64,000 nt of DNA from Eledone cirrhosa (lineage: Eukaryota): assembly GCA_964016885.1 (NCBI GenBank), contig OZ024740.1, positions 434,000,001 through 434,064,000 of the forward strand. The letters run 5' to 3'. The position numbers were made by a program, and so were the translations under genes. Numbering within the stretch: the stretch's first letter is position 1; every line of letters begins with the position of its first letter. Below, in pieces: positions 48,961 through 59,920 of this stretch. The notes under the pieces are model-generated. The model was not told the origin of the DNA. It saw nothing but the letters and a program-made list of their open reading frames with translations, and made no database searches.

Positions 48961-50239
48961 ATATATATACTATGTGAGTGTGTGAGACCCATTATTTCAT
49001 TGTTTGACAAAAAGCGATCGATAAAATAAGTGCCAGACTTTTTCCAATAAGTATTGGTATGATCGACTGAGGCCGTCACAGCATTGCCGCAGTCCCAGGA
49101 GTGAAACCACTTAAATAATATCAGAATATTGTGTTTATTTCATCAAACATCATATACATCTCTATAGAAGTATGTTTGCTATTTAAAAAAAAACGCCACA
49201 ATAAATACACGCATGCGTGGTTCGATTCCCACAAGCCGACATGTTTTACTATTAGTGATAGTTCACCTGCATTGTGGCGACTTTATGAAAAGTGAATATA
49301 TTTTTCAAATTCTTCAATGCTCAAATAAAAAACGAACCAATTCATCTCTGCAATATTTTATTTTTAAAAATTCATTATATGGTGTTGGATAGTAAGTTGT
49401 AGTCTTGTGAGTTAGGTGTGTGTGTGAGCACCGTTTCTCAACACCATGCTTCTATATCTAGTTGAAAACCACACAGCACCCTACTAAATGCTAAGTGCTG
49501 CATCCTTTAGGGAGAGGGTTTGGTATGATTGTCGATGTATGCTGCCCATATGTTCATGTAATACTAACAGCTGTGCTGTTAGGTAAGTGGGAGTGCCACA
49601 CTTCTGGTTGTTTTTGTTTATATCCAGTACATATATGTCAGTTAGGTGAAATTGCAGCCCCTTTATTTTTATGAATGGCACTCCTAACGGAAAATTAGTT
49701 TGAATGTTTTTATCTTTTTGTAAGTAATGGGCCCCATTTTATGATAAGCCTTATCTCATGCGGCCCGACTGCTCGAAAAACATTGCACGCGCCTGGTTTA
49801 TGCCCTGGATCGATAGATCAGGGTAAAGCGGATAACCGGCCCCGACCAGATGTGAAATATAAGTCTATTTCAAACTATGAACCAAGTATTTTAGTAACTC
49901 CTTGTTTTGGTCTGTAATTCAGTGTTTCAGTGTTCTTGTCCCACTCTTTGCTGTGTTTTAGTTTAGAAAAAGAAAACTGGAAATTTGTAGGAAAAAAAAG
50001 AAGAAAAATGATGCAAAATACATGACTTCTGTACATGGTGTACTTAGAAGAAACTAAACAATAAAAGAACTGGAGCGATTTCTAAAAAGGATGTTCTCAT
50101 TTAAAATCGTAGGCCCATGTCTACTGGCCCACTTGTTACGGTTGAGAGAGGGCGGTGGGATTGTTTGACCGGCGTCGGATATATTGCGGTGTATTTTCTA
50201 GCTTTTTGTCTTCTGGGTTTAATTTCCGTCTCCATTTGA

Positions 50240-50375
50240 TCCGGTTGGGTCCCCAGGCTGATCTCGCTTGGGAGATCCAGCCGGATCAATTGGAGACGGT
50301 TGCTTCTGACAGGATCCACTGGAAGGGGTGTCTTGGGACTCTGACCCCCCAGGAATAAGTGAGTGAAGAGGAGTT
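50240..50375 (+). mobile_element. RTE-like 3' fragment (R2)
   Basis: DLAWEIQPDQLETVASDRIHWKGCL…CAGGAATAAGTG. Confidence 0.7.
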
Positions 50376-50687
50376 TAATTTCCATCATGGTATTGACGGT
50401 GAGGGCTAATCACCCGACCGCACACATTGCAAAGCGGCACTTGGCCAACTTGGACAGTAACTAGTTGGGTAGAAAAAAACAGACTGTTATCTAATCTACT
50501 AGGCTGTGTGATTTTAAAGGAGATTTAGCTGCTATCTTTAGCAGTTAGAACTACTATGTCTTGGCTTCGTTGTCGACCCCTAGATAGTTGCTGCCACGGC
50601 TCTGATTGTTTATTCTCCTTTCGAAAAGAATGTTATTTCATCCACATTTCACCAATGTTTTCCCTATCTTTATCGCTGAACATATGG

Positions 50688-50883
<196 letters not shown>

Positions 50884-51450
50884 ATAGGAAGTGGAGTGTT
50901 TATATGATTGTATATAATTAATACATACCGTTTATTTTACTGTGTACACACATACATGTCTGTCTAAGATATCCTATACGCACATGACTAACTCCATCTA
51001 TCTAATCCTACCCACCTACCTACCTACCCACCTACGGTTGTTGTTTAACTCTGGTCATATAATCAGACCCCAACCCCCATCTTATTCAGACGGGATGTTT
51101 TATCTAATGCGCCCTTCCCTCTTTATGATTATCTGGTGAAATTTGAAGGTTTGGTGGCCCTTCTTAGCCCCTTGTCGTAAACCTCTTCTGCTGTGTGATA
51201 ACCCCCTTTACATCCATGTACATCTCATCTGATAGTCCCTCCTCTTCCAGTAAGTTCAGCATTTCAAACCTGTTGACAGCCACCTTGTAGGCTCTTCTCA
51301 TTGTTGGGTCATCGAATGTACTCAGGTTCAGCCAAATCCCCCCCCCCCCCTTCTCTCTCTCCTTAGCTTGTAATATCTACCAAGTTGTAGTCTGAACTAC
51401 AATCAACTCCAGAAGAGCCCCTCCCCTTCACTTTGATACATACCTTTTGA

Positions 51451-51607
51451 AGTGTTGGTGTCCACCTCCTGTCCACTGTGATGTAATGGTCACCTGCAGT
51501 GTTGGTGTCCACCTCCTGTCCACTGTGATGTAATGGTCACCTGCAGTGTTGGTGTCCACCTCCTGTCCACTGTGATGTAATGGTCACCTGCAGTGTTGGT
51601 GTCCACT
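51451..51607. repeat. 47-bp tandem repeat, ~3.3 copies
   Basis: AGTGTTGGTGTCCACCTCCTGTCCACTGTGATGTAATGGTCACCTGC. Confidence 0.95.
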
Positions 51608-51729
51608 GTGCCTCCACCACACTGAAACCATGAGTGCCACATCAGCTGATCTTGCAAGTGATGCTGCACAACTTTCCTGTCTGGTAAAGTGTTTGCACAT
51701 TCCAGGTGCCTAGACATATTACATAGGCT

Positions 51730-53722
51730 GATCCTGTCATGGGACTCGCTGACCACCAGCAGTGAGTCACTCAGGAGGTTTTGATGATCCTGTCATGGGA
51801 CTCACTGACCACCAGCAGTGAGTCACTCGGGAGGTTTTGATGATCCTGTCATGGGACTCACTGACCACCAGCAGTGAGTCACTCAAGAGGTTTTGATGAT
51901 CCTGTTATGGGACTCACTGACCACCAGCAGTGAGTCACTCAAGAGGTTTTGATGATCCTGTTATGGGACTCACTGACCACCAGCAGTGAGTCACTCATGA
52001 GGTTTTGATGATCCTGTTATGGGACTCACTGACCACCAGCAGTGAGTCACTCAGGAGGTTTTGATGATCCTGTCATGGGACTCACTGACCACCAGCAGTG
52101 AGTCACTCAGGAGGTTTTGATGATCCTGTCATGGGACTCACTGACCACCAGCAGTGAGTCACTCAGGAGGTTTTGATGATCCTGTCATGGGACTCACTGA
52201 CCACCAGCAGTGAGTCACTCAAGAGGTTTTGATGATCCTGTTATGGGACTCACTGACCACCAGCAGTGAGTCACTCAGGAGGTTTTGATGATCCTGTCAT
52301 GGGACTCACTGACCACCAGCAGTGAGTCACTCAGGAGGTTTTGATGATCCTGTTATGGGACTCACTGACCACCAGCAGTGAGTCACTCAAGAGGTTTTGA
52401 TGATCCTGTTATGGGACTCACTGACCACCAGCAGTGAGTCACTCATGAGGTTTTGATGATCCTGTCATGGGACTCACTGACCACCAGCAGTGAGTCACTC
52501 AGGAGGTTTTGATGATCCTGTCATGGGACTCACTGACCACCAGCAGTGAGTCACTCAGGAGGTTTTGATGATCCTGTTATGGGACTCACTGACCACCAGC
52601 AGTGAGTCACTCAAGAGGTTTTGATGATCCTGTTATGGGACTCACTGACCACCAGCAGTGAGTCACTCATGAGGTTTTGATGATCCTGTCATGGGACTCA
52701 CTGACCACCAGCAGTGAGTCACTCAGGAGGTTTTGATGATCCTGTCATAAGACTCACTGACCACCAGCAGTGAGTCACTCAGGTTTTGATGATCCTGTCA
52801 TGGGACTCACTGACCACCAGCAGTGAGTCACTCAGGTTTTGATGATCCTGTCATGGGACTCACTGACCACCAGCAGTGAGTCACTCAGGAGGTTTTGATG
52901 ATCCTGTCATGGGACTCACTGACCACCAGCAGTGAGTCACTCAGGAGGTTTTGATGATCCTGTCATGGGACTCACTGACCACCAGCAGTGAGTCACTCAG
53001 GAGGTTTTGATGATCCTGTCATGGGACTCACTGACCACCAGCAGTGAGTCACTCAGGAGGTTTTGATGATCCTGTCATGGGACTCACTGACCACCAGCAG
53101 TGAGTCACTCAGGTTTTGATGATCCTGTCATGGGACTCACTGACCACCAGCAGTGAGTCACTCAGGAGGTTTTGATGATCCTGTCATGGGACTCACTGAC
53201 CACCAGCAGTGAGTCACTCAGGAGGTTTTGATGATCCTGTTATGGGACTCACTGACCACCAGCAGTGAGTCACTCAGGAGGTTTTGATGATCCTGTCATG
53301 GGACTCACTGACCACCAGCAGTGAGTCACTCAGGTTTTGATGATCCTGTTATGGGACTCACTGACCACCAGCAGTGAGTCACTCAGGAGGTTTTGATGAT
53401 CCTGTTATGGGACTCACTGACCACCATCAGTGAGTCACTCAGGAGGTTTTGATGATCCTGTCATGGGACTCACTGACGACCAGCAGTGAGTCACTCAGGA
53501 GGTTTTGATGATCCTGTTATGGGACTCACTGACCACCAGCAGTGAGTCACTCAGGAGGTTTTGATGATCCTGTCATGGGACTCGCTGACCACCAGCAGTG
53601 AGTCACTCAAGAGGTCTTGATGATCCTGTCATGGGACTCGCTGACCACCAGCAGTGAGTCACTCAGGAGGTTTTGATGATCCTGTCATGGGACTCACTGA
53701 CCACCAGCAGTGAGCCACTTGG
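51730..53722. repeat. 56-bp minisatellite, ~36 copies, with internal hairpin
   Basis: Unit GATCCTGTCATGGGACTCACTGACCACCAGCAGTGAGTCACTCAGGAGGTTTTGAT; some 53-bp variants. Confidence 0.97.
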
Positions 53723-54104
53723 GAGAGTTAACGTCCATTGCATCATAGGTTGTTGCAGAGATTCCCATTATTGGTCCAAGCTCTTAGTAGAATATAGGAT
53801 TCAATGTACCTATTCTAAAGACTAGGATCATCTGGGTTATATTTAGACACCACAAAACTAGGCTCTAACTATATAATTGCAATAAAGTTTGGAAAGTAGC
53901 CACCAAGGTTTTATTTTCATTATAATCCTGTTTTTGTCTGTTTGGATGCCAAACAAGGATTGGAAGGGCTGTTCTGTGAGAGGCTTGGCAGCTTCCCTAG
54001 TGCTAAAGATCTACATAATAAACACAGCCAGTACATGCTGGTGACAGGAAGGGCATTCAGCTATAGAAACCCTGTCAAACAAAGAGTGGGGAGGACATTT
54101 TGTG

Positions 54105-54325
54105 TTAACCCTTTATCATTTACATGACTCTATATATACTATTGTATTTTCACAGTAAAGGCTTTACCTCACATAATATCTCACATAATATCGAATCTAT
54201 GAGATTTTGATATTATTTATTTTAAGAACAATACCTTAACATCAACATGGGTGGCCTGTTACAGCTGGTTTGAACAGAAAGAGGTGAGAGAATTCTGGCC
54301 AGATATGGCCGGTATAAAGGGTTAA
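54105..54325 (+). mobile_element. TTAA-flanked piggyBac-type MITE
   Basis: TTAACCCTTTAT…ATAAAGGGTTAA terminal inverted repeats. Confidence 0.85.
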
Positions 54326-54572
54326 GGGCTTAGCAGTCTTCCTAGTGTTGAAGCCACAATAAAATACACTTAGTAGAACACTGGAACATATGTAAATGAG
54401 ATGTTAGGCCCCTGGCCCATTTGAGAAGCGAGTAGCTTCACTTCCTTACTGACTTGGTCTGTGAAAACCTGTCCAACCTAGCTGGAAAGACAGATGTTAA
54501 ATGCTGGAAGGGTGTGCATTAGTGAGATTAAAATGAAATAAATCAAGTATTCTACTTTATGATTATGATATC

Positions 54573-54801
54573 TTAACCCTTTAGCATTCACATTACTCTA
54601 TATCTACTATTGTATTTTCACAGTAAAGGCTTTACCTCACATAATTATTCACATCAAATCTATGAAATTTTGATGATGTTATTATTTACTTTGAAAACAA
54701 GACCTTAATATCAGTATGAGTAGCTAGTTACGGCCGGTTTGAACAGAAAGAGGTGAGAGAATTCTGGCCGGATATGGTCGGTTTAAATGCTAATGGGTTA
54801 A
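54573..54801 (+). mobile_element. TTAA-flanked piggyBac-type MITE
   Basis: TTAACCCTTTAGCATT…AATGCTAATGGGTTAA; internal sequence homologous to 54105-54325. Confidence 0.88.
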
Positions 54802-55009
54802 GTTTATTCCAAACATTAGTTGTTAGTTCATGACCACATATGACATGTTTTCTTTCTCCATTTGTATAAAGTTTAATGTTTCAGACTAGGAATCAAAAGT
54901 TGTTTTATCTCTATAACATTGTAAACTATTGTATATGAACAATGACTCTCTTTTCGTGTATTTATCTTTCCATATTTTAGACAAGCAAGTTTTCCTATAT
55001 TATTTTAAC

Positions 55010-55190
55010 TTGGGAGTATCGCTAGAGTCGGACGCCATGCTTTGCAGCATATAGTTACGGCCCTTTACTGTCTGAGTTCAAATCCCGCTGATGTTAACTT
55101 TGCCTTTCATCCTTACAGGGGTCAATAAAATAAAGTACCAGTAATGCACTGGGGTAATTGCTGGCCTTGTGCCAAAAGTAGAAACAATTG
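55010..55190 (+). mobile_element. SINE S1
   Basis: B-box, core and tail present. Confidence 0.88.
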
Positions 55191-55200
55191 TTTTAACTTA

Positions 55201-55342
55201 GCAGCCCATCTGAGGAAGAAGTCCTACGATGTAGGGTGGCTCGTGCAGCAGGTGTTGCTGGTCATTGTCCGCAGAAATGGCTTTACCATTTTGTCTGTGG
55301 GGTGCAGCCGAAACACCGCTCTGACCAAGGTGTAGAGTCTGT
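55201..55342 (+). ncRNA. Candidate hammerhead with expanded, branched stem II
   Basis: CUGAGGA 55210-55216; GAAA 55310-55313; stem III ACACC/GGTGT with GUA at 55332-55334; three internal hairpins between the core strands. Confidence 0.4.
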
Positions 55343-55884
55343 CACCCCCCCGCCTTCATTTATCTACTAGTCATTGTCCTTCTCCATCCTTTTCCTCTCG
55401 TTTATATGGTATTTATAGTGCTTTCTAATGCTGATTTCTTTCTCTGTATGTTTAACCTAGTAGTCCTTGATCTTCTCATCCTTTTCCTCTCATTTATAGT
55501 CCTTTCCAATGCTGATTTCTTTCTCTCTGTGATTATATAACTCTTTTGTCTTTAAACTCATTAGTTTGATTATAGAAAAGATAGAAAATTATTGTTACTT
55601 TGTAGTTTTTGATTTAACAAAAGGTATCCTGTCAATTCAGATTATAAGTTGATAAAATTGTGTTTTAACTAGAAATATCATTTAATCAATACATGAAATA
55701 CTGTTGGCTTTTGTCTTGAGGCTTGCATCTGTTTAGCCAGATGTCAACCAAGATAATGTTTATCCAGATGTCAACCAAGATAATCTTTAGCCAGATGTCA
55801 ACCAAAATAATGCTCATCTCTTTCATCTCTACCACTTTTGCAGATTGATTTTAATCTGTTTTATATTTGATGCTTTTAAGAAAG

Positions 55885-56100
55885 AATCACTGGACAGATT
55901 TTATTAACAAAACCAACTGGTAGGAGACCCAGGGGTAGACCCTGAGCAAGATGGTTGTATAACATCCTTGAACTCAGCTGGTCTTGTTTGGGGATCCAGC
56001 CGGATCAGTTGGAGATGGTTGCTTCTGACAAGACCCGCTGGAAGGAGTGTTTGAGGTCTCTGCCCCCCCTGACCCTATCAGGAATAAGTGGGCCAAGAAC
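55885..56100 (+). mobile_element. RTE-like 3' fragment (R2)
   Basis: Homologous to 740-960 (reverse) and 62440-62800. Confidence 0.75.
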
Positions 56101-56288
56101 AAAAAGCTTTTGAGACATTCAAATTTTGTCTTTTTTTTTAAATCTTAAAACTAAAAATATATTTGAAAAAAGAAGAGAGCATTTAGAGCAAATATCGTGG
56201 CTTGTTGAGTAAAATCTCTTTCAGCATGTCAAAGTTTACCTCCCTAAAGCCATTTTTATCTGTCTCTTACAATGGTAGATAGATATAA

Positions 56289-56828
56289 CTGTAAAATGGT
56301 AGTGTAGGTGTCACAATAAAAACATCTAGTCCCCACTGTAAAGTGGTAGTGTAGGTGTCACAATAAAAACATCTAGTCCCCACTGTAAAGTGGTCATGTA
56401 GGTGTCACAATAAAAAACATCTAGTCCCCACTGTAAAGTGGTTATGTAGGTGTCACGACAAAAAGCACCCAGTACACACTGTAAAATGGCCATGTAAGTG
56501 TCACAGCAAGAAGCACCCAGCACACATTGTGAAGTGGTTGTGTAGGTGTCAAGACAAAAAGCACCCAGTCCATACTGTAAAGCATTAGTGTAGGAGCCAT
56601 GACAAAAAGCACCCAGCCCCTACTGTAAAGTGGTCATATAGGTGTCATGACAAAAAGCACCCAGCAGACACTGTAAATCTGGTTGGCATTAGGAAGGGAA
56701 TCCAGCCATAGAAGCCAAGCCAGGAATAGTTCTGTATAAGCAAGACATGGTCACTTTACCCGACTTGCTTCAAATGGGACAACCGGTCTAACCCATGCTA
56801 GTGTGGAAAATGGCAATGATGATGATGG
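56289..56828 (+). mobile_element. R1 RTE 3'UTR with ~9 diverged ~47-bp tandem units and GAT tail
   Basis: CTGTAAAGTGG…AAAAAGCACCCAG units, then the same terminal segment as 2840-2998. Confidence 0.85.
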
Positions 56829-57011
56829 GAACGGGTTATGAACTGTTAGCCTTTGTCTTACATTTGTGTTCCACTGATTCTAAATAAACTTTAGAACAGT
56901 TTCATCTGAGTTTATTATTTGTGACCGACAGACTAAAAAAAAACATATAGTTATTATAAGATTTACAAATGTGTTCACCCATGTCTATTACATGTAATTA
57001 TTGGTAATAAT

Positions 57012-57499
57012 TGTTTCTATTTTTGGCAGCAATTACCCCAGTGCATTACTGGTGCTTTATTTTATCAACCCCATAAGGATGAAAGGCCAAGTTAACCTCG
57101 GTGAGATTTGAACCCTGGCCGTAACTCTGCTGTAAAGGATGGCGTCCAACCCTCTCCCGATACTGCCAATCTACCACCCTAGCATGGCGTCCAACCCTCT
57201 CCCGATACTGCCAATCCACCACCCTAGCATGGCGTCCAACCCTCTCCCGATACTGCCAATCCACCACCCTAGCATGGCGTCCAACCCTCTCCCGATACTG
57301 CCAATCCACCACCCTAGCATGGCGTCCAACCCTCTCCCGATACTGCCAATCCACCACCCTAGCATGGCGTCCAACCCTCTCCCGATACTGCCAATCCACC
57401 ACCCTAGCATGGCGTCCAACCCTCTCCCGATACTGCCAATCCACCACCCTAGCATGGCGTCCAACCCTCTCCCGATACTGCCAATCCACCACCTCTTTA
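57012..57499 (-). mobile_element. SINE S1 whose 45-bp head is repeated ~8 times (57137-57493); 9-bp TSD
   Basis: Unit AGCATGGCGTCCAACCCTCTCCCGATACTGCCAATCCACCACCCT; GGTAATAAT at 57003-57011 and 57500-57508. Confidence 0.93.
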
Positions 57500-58212
57500 G
57501 GTAATAATGTAAGTAGGTGGCTGTCGTTAGAACAATGGTTACAATACTTTGCTCAATTTGTTCCAGTTCTGTTTTCTAAGTTCAAATCTATTCAAGAGCA
57601 ATAAATGAACGGTCTCAGTCAAGTACTAGGGATCATTCTTCCTCTATATCACTTCCCCCTCTCTCTCTTTCCCTTCTTTTCTCTTTCCTCTCTTCCCTTC
57701 CTTTTCTTTCTCTCTCTTTCCTCTCTCTCGCTCTCTCTTTCATCCCCCCTCCCTCTCTCAAAATATAAACGTTATGTTTCAAACATATTTATGAAGAGTT
57801 GCAATTATTTTCTCAGACATTGTCCACTGACTGAGTGATCTATTTCCAGGGCAAAACTGGGCACTGCTGCTAGTGTATAATATGTAATCACTAATCAATA
57901 TTAAGTATTATTCAGAAAGGATTTCATTAAATATACTTAATTCAACTGAAATCATAATCTTTTCAGGTTTTTACAATTTTACATTCACCATTTTAAAGAG
58001 AAAACAATTGTCATTAATGTACTTGGCTGACCTAATTACATATCGAACGTGTATAAGTTAAATAAAGGAATGTAAGTTGAAGTTGTTTTTTATGGGGGGG
58101 TGGGGCAATATTTAAGATTGGTTTTAGGATACTCAAGGGCAATTTACCTGATTTTCTAATGCTGTTATCATTGTAGTGACTGTGTTAGGATTTCAATGTT
58201 CTCAAATATATA

Positions 58213-58445
58213 TCATCATCACCGTTTAACGTCCATTTTTCCATGATAGCATGGGTTACATGGGTTGTCTCTTTGAGACAAACCATATCAGATGACCATG
58301 TCTTGCTCGCACAGAACTGTTTCTGGCTTGGTTTCTACAGCTGGATGTCCTTCCTAACACCAACCACATTTGCAGTGAGTACTGGGTACTTACACTGATA
58401 CCAGTACGCTACCACATTTACAGTGAGTACTGGGTACTTAACGGG
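58213..58445 (-). mobile_element. R1 RTE 3'UTR/tail fragment
   Basis: Reverse complement of the 2810-2998 segment. Confidence 0.8.
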
Positions 58446-58774
58446 TACTCTAATAATTGTAATTTACAATTGTTTGAATTACTGTGCTTTGAATTAAATC
58501 CTTTAAATACCAAACTACCTTTAGTTCTATAATTGCTTATTTTGAAGTGTTTATATTTATCTAAAAACTTTCCAACATAATTTTATGCAAAAATATTTAT
58601 GTTCGAAATACCAGCTTAATAATGAGAAAGTTAGTGATAGAAAGGAATTGGACAAGATTGTAGGACATCATTTGCTTACCTAGTTGGGTGGGTGAAACTT
58701 CTCAAATTGGACCAAGGAAACAATGTTTCCATTTGATTTTCCATTGCTGATATTATCTACCAGTCACAAATCCT

Positions 58775-58897
58775 GGCAGAAGCAGCAACAGGAAAAAGTG
58801 TCTTGCTCAAGGACATAACAAATCGCCTTATCCGGGAATCAAACTTGCAACTTCACAATTGTAAATCCAATTCTCTAACCACTAAGCTACTTGCCTT
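58775..58897 (-). mobile_element. tRNA-derived SINE head
   Basis: AAGTGTCTTGCTCAAGGACA…GGGAATCAAAC…CTAACCACTAAGCTAC (reverse A/B boxes). Confidence 0.7.
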
Positions 58898-59087
58898 TGA
58901 TATCATTTAAACACTTGAAATTGTTGATCATTTGAAAAGTATACACAATGTCTTTCATCTAGTAATGAAAGGGCTAAGTGTATCTTAAGAGTTGTGGCAG
59001 TAAGTTCATCTACATTGAAGTGCTGACTCATAAAATATGATAATGAAATAGATATCAGTTTCACCTTATCTCTAGACTTATTTAGTA

Positions 59088-59920
59088 CGTCTTGTGTGTC
59101 TCTCTTGTATGATAACTGTGCAATGTCTTGTCTCTCTTGTGTGATAACTGTATAATGTCTTGTGTGTCTCTCTTGTGTGATAACTGTGTAATGTCTCGTG
59201 TGTCTCTCTTGTGTGATAACTGCAATGTCTTGTGTGTCTCTCTTGTGTGATAACTGTGTAATGTCTTGTATGATAACTGTGTAATGTCTTGTATGATAAT
59301 TGTGTAATGTCTTGTGTGTCTCTTGTATGATAACTGTGCAATGTCTAGTTTCTCTTGTGTGATAACTGTGTAATGTCTTGTCTCTCTTGTGTGATAACTG
59401 TGTAATGTCTTGTGTGTCTCTCTTGTGTGATAACTGTGTAATGTCTTGTGTCTCTCTTGTGTGATAACTGTGTAATGTCTTGTGTGTCTCACTTGTGTGA
59501 TAACTGTGTAATGTCTTGTGTGTCTCTTGTGTGATAACTGAAATGTGTGATAACTGTGTAATGTCTTGTGTGTCTCTCTTGTGTGATAACTGTGTAATGT
59601 CTTGTCTGATAACTGTGCAATGTCTTGTGTGTTTTGTGTGATAACTGTGTAATGTCTTGTGTCTCTCTTGTGTGATAACTGTGCAATGTCTTGTGTCTCA
59701 CTCTTGTGTGATAACTGTGCAATGTCTTGTGTGATAACTGTGTAATGTCTTGTGTGATAACTGTGTAATGTCTTGTGTGTCTTGTGTGATAACTGTGCAA
59801 TGTCTTGTGTGTCTTGTGTGATAACTGTGTAATGTCTTGTGTGTCTTGTGTGATAACTGTGTAATGTCTTGTGTGTCTTGTGTGATAACTGTGTAATGTT
59901 TTGTGTGTCTCTCTTGTGTA
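59088..59920. repeat. Variable-length minisatellite, core TGTGATAACTGTGTAATGTCTTG
   Basis: Direct; spacer of variable TG/TC. Confidence 0.92.

Larger units (their letters stand above)
47632..49110 (+). mobile_element. Second tRNA-SINE family (S2), fragmented by later insertions
   Basis: Head 47632-47766 (…CAACCACGTGG…CCTTGAGCAAGTATCTTC…GCCTTGT), continuation TTTGGTAGACAGAAC…GAAGCCC at 48058-48095, tail GATAAAATAAGTGCCAG…CAGCATTGCCGCAGTC…GAAAC at 48985-49110. Confidence 0.55.
51180..53850 (-). mobile_element. Degenerate LINE AP-endonuclease region (RTE-like) interrupted by two arrays
   Basis: Minus-strand remnants in APE order: FRIGTLN (~53820), TLPSGSLLVVSESHDR, DHYITVDRRW, GVDCSSDYNLV, LNLSTFDDP…NRFEML. 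Confidence 0.5.

Noticed and set aside
49690-49860. Possible hAT MITE termini (GCGGCCC…TTGCACGCGCCTG; CAGGG…CGGCCCCG)
   Set aside because: No matching opposite end or TSD found; too degenerate to delimit.
51730-53722. CRISPR array (palindromic repeats)
   Set aside because: Units are contiguous with no unique spacers.
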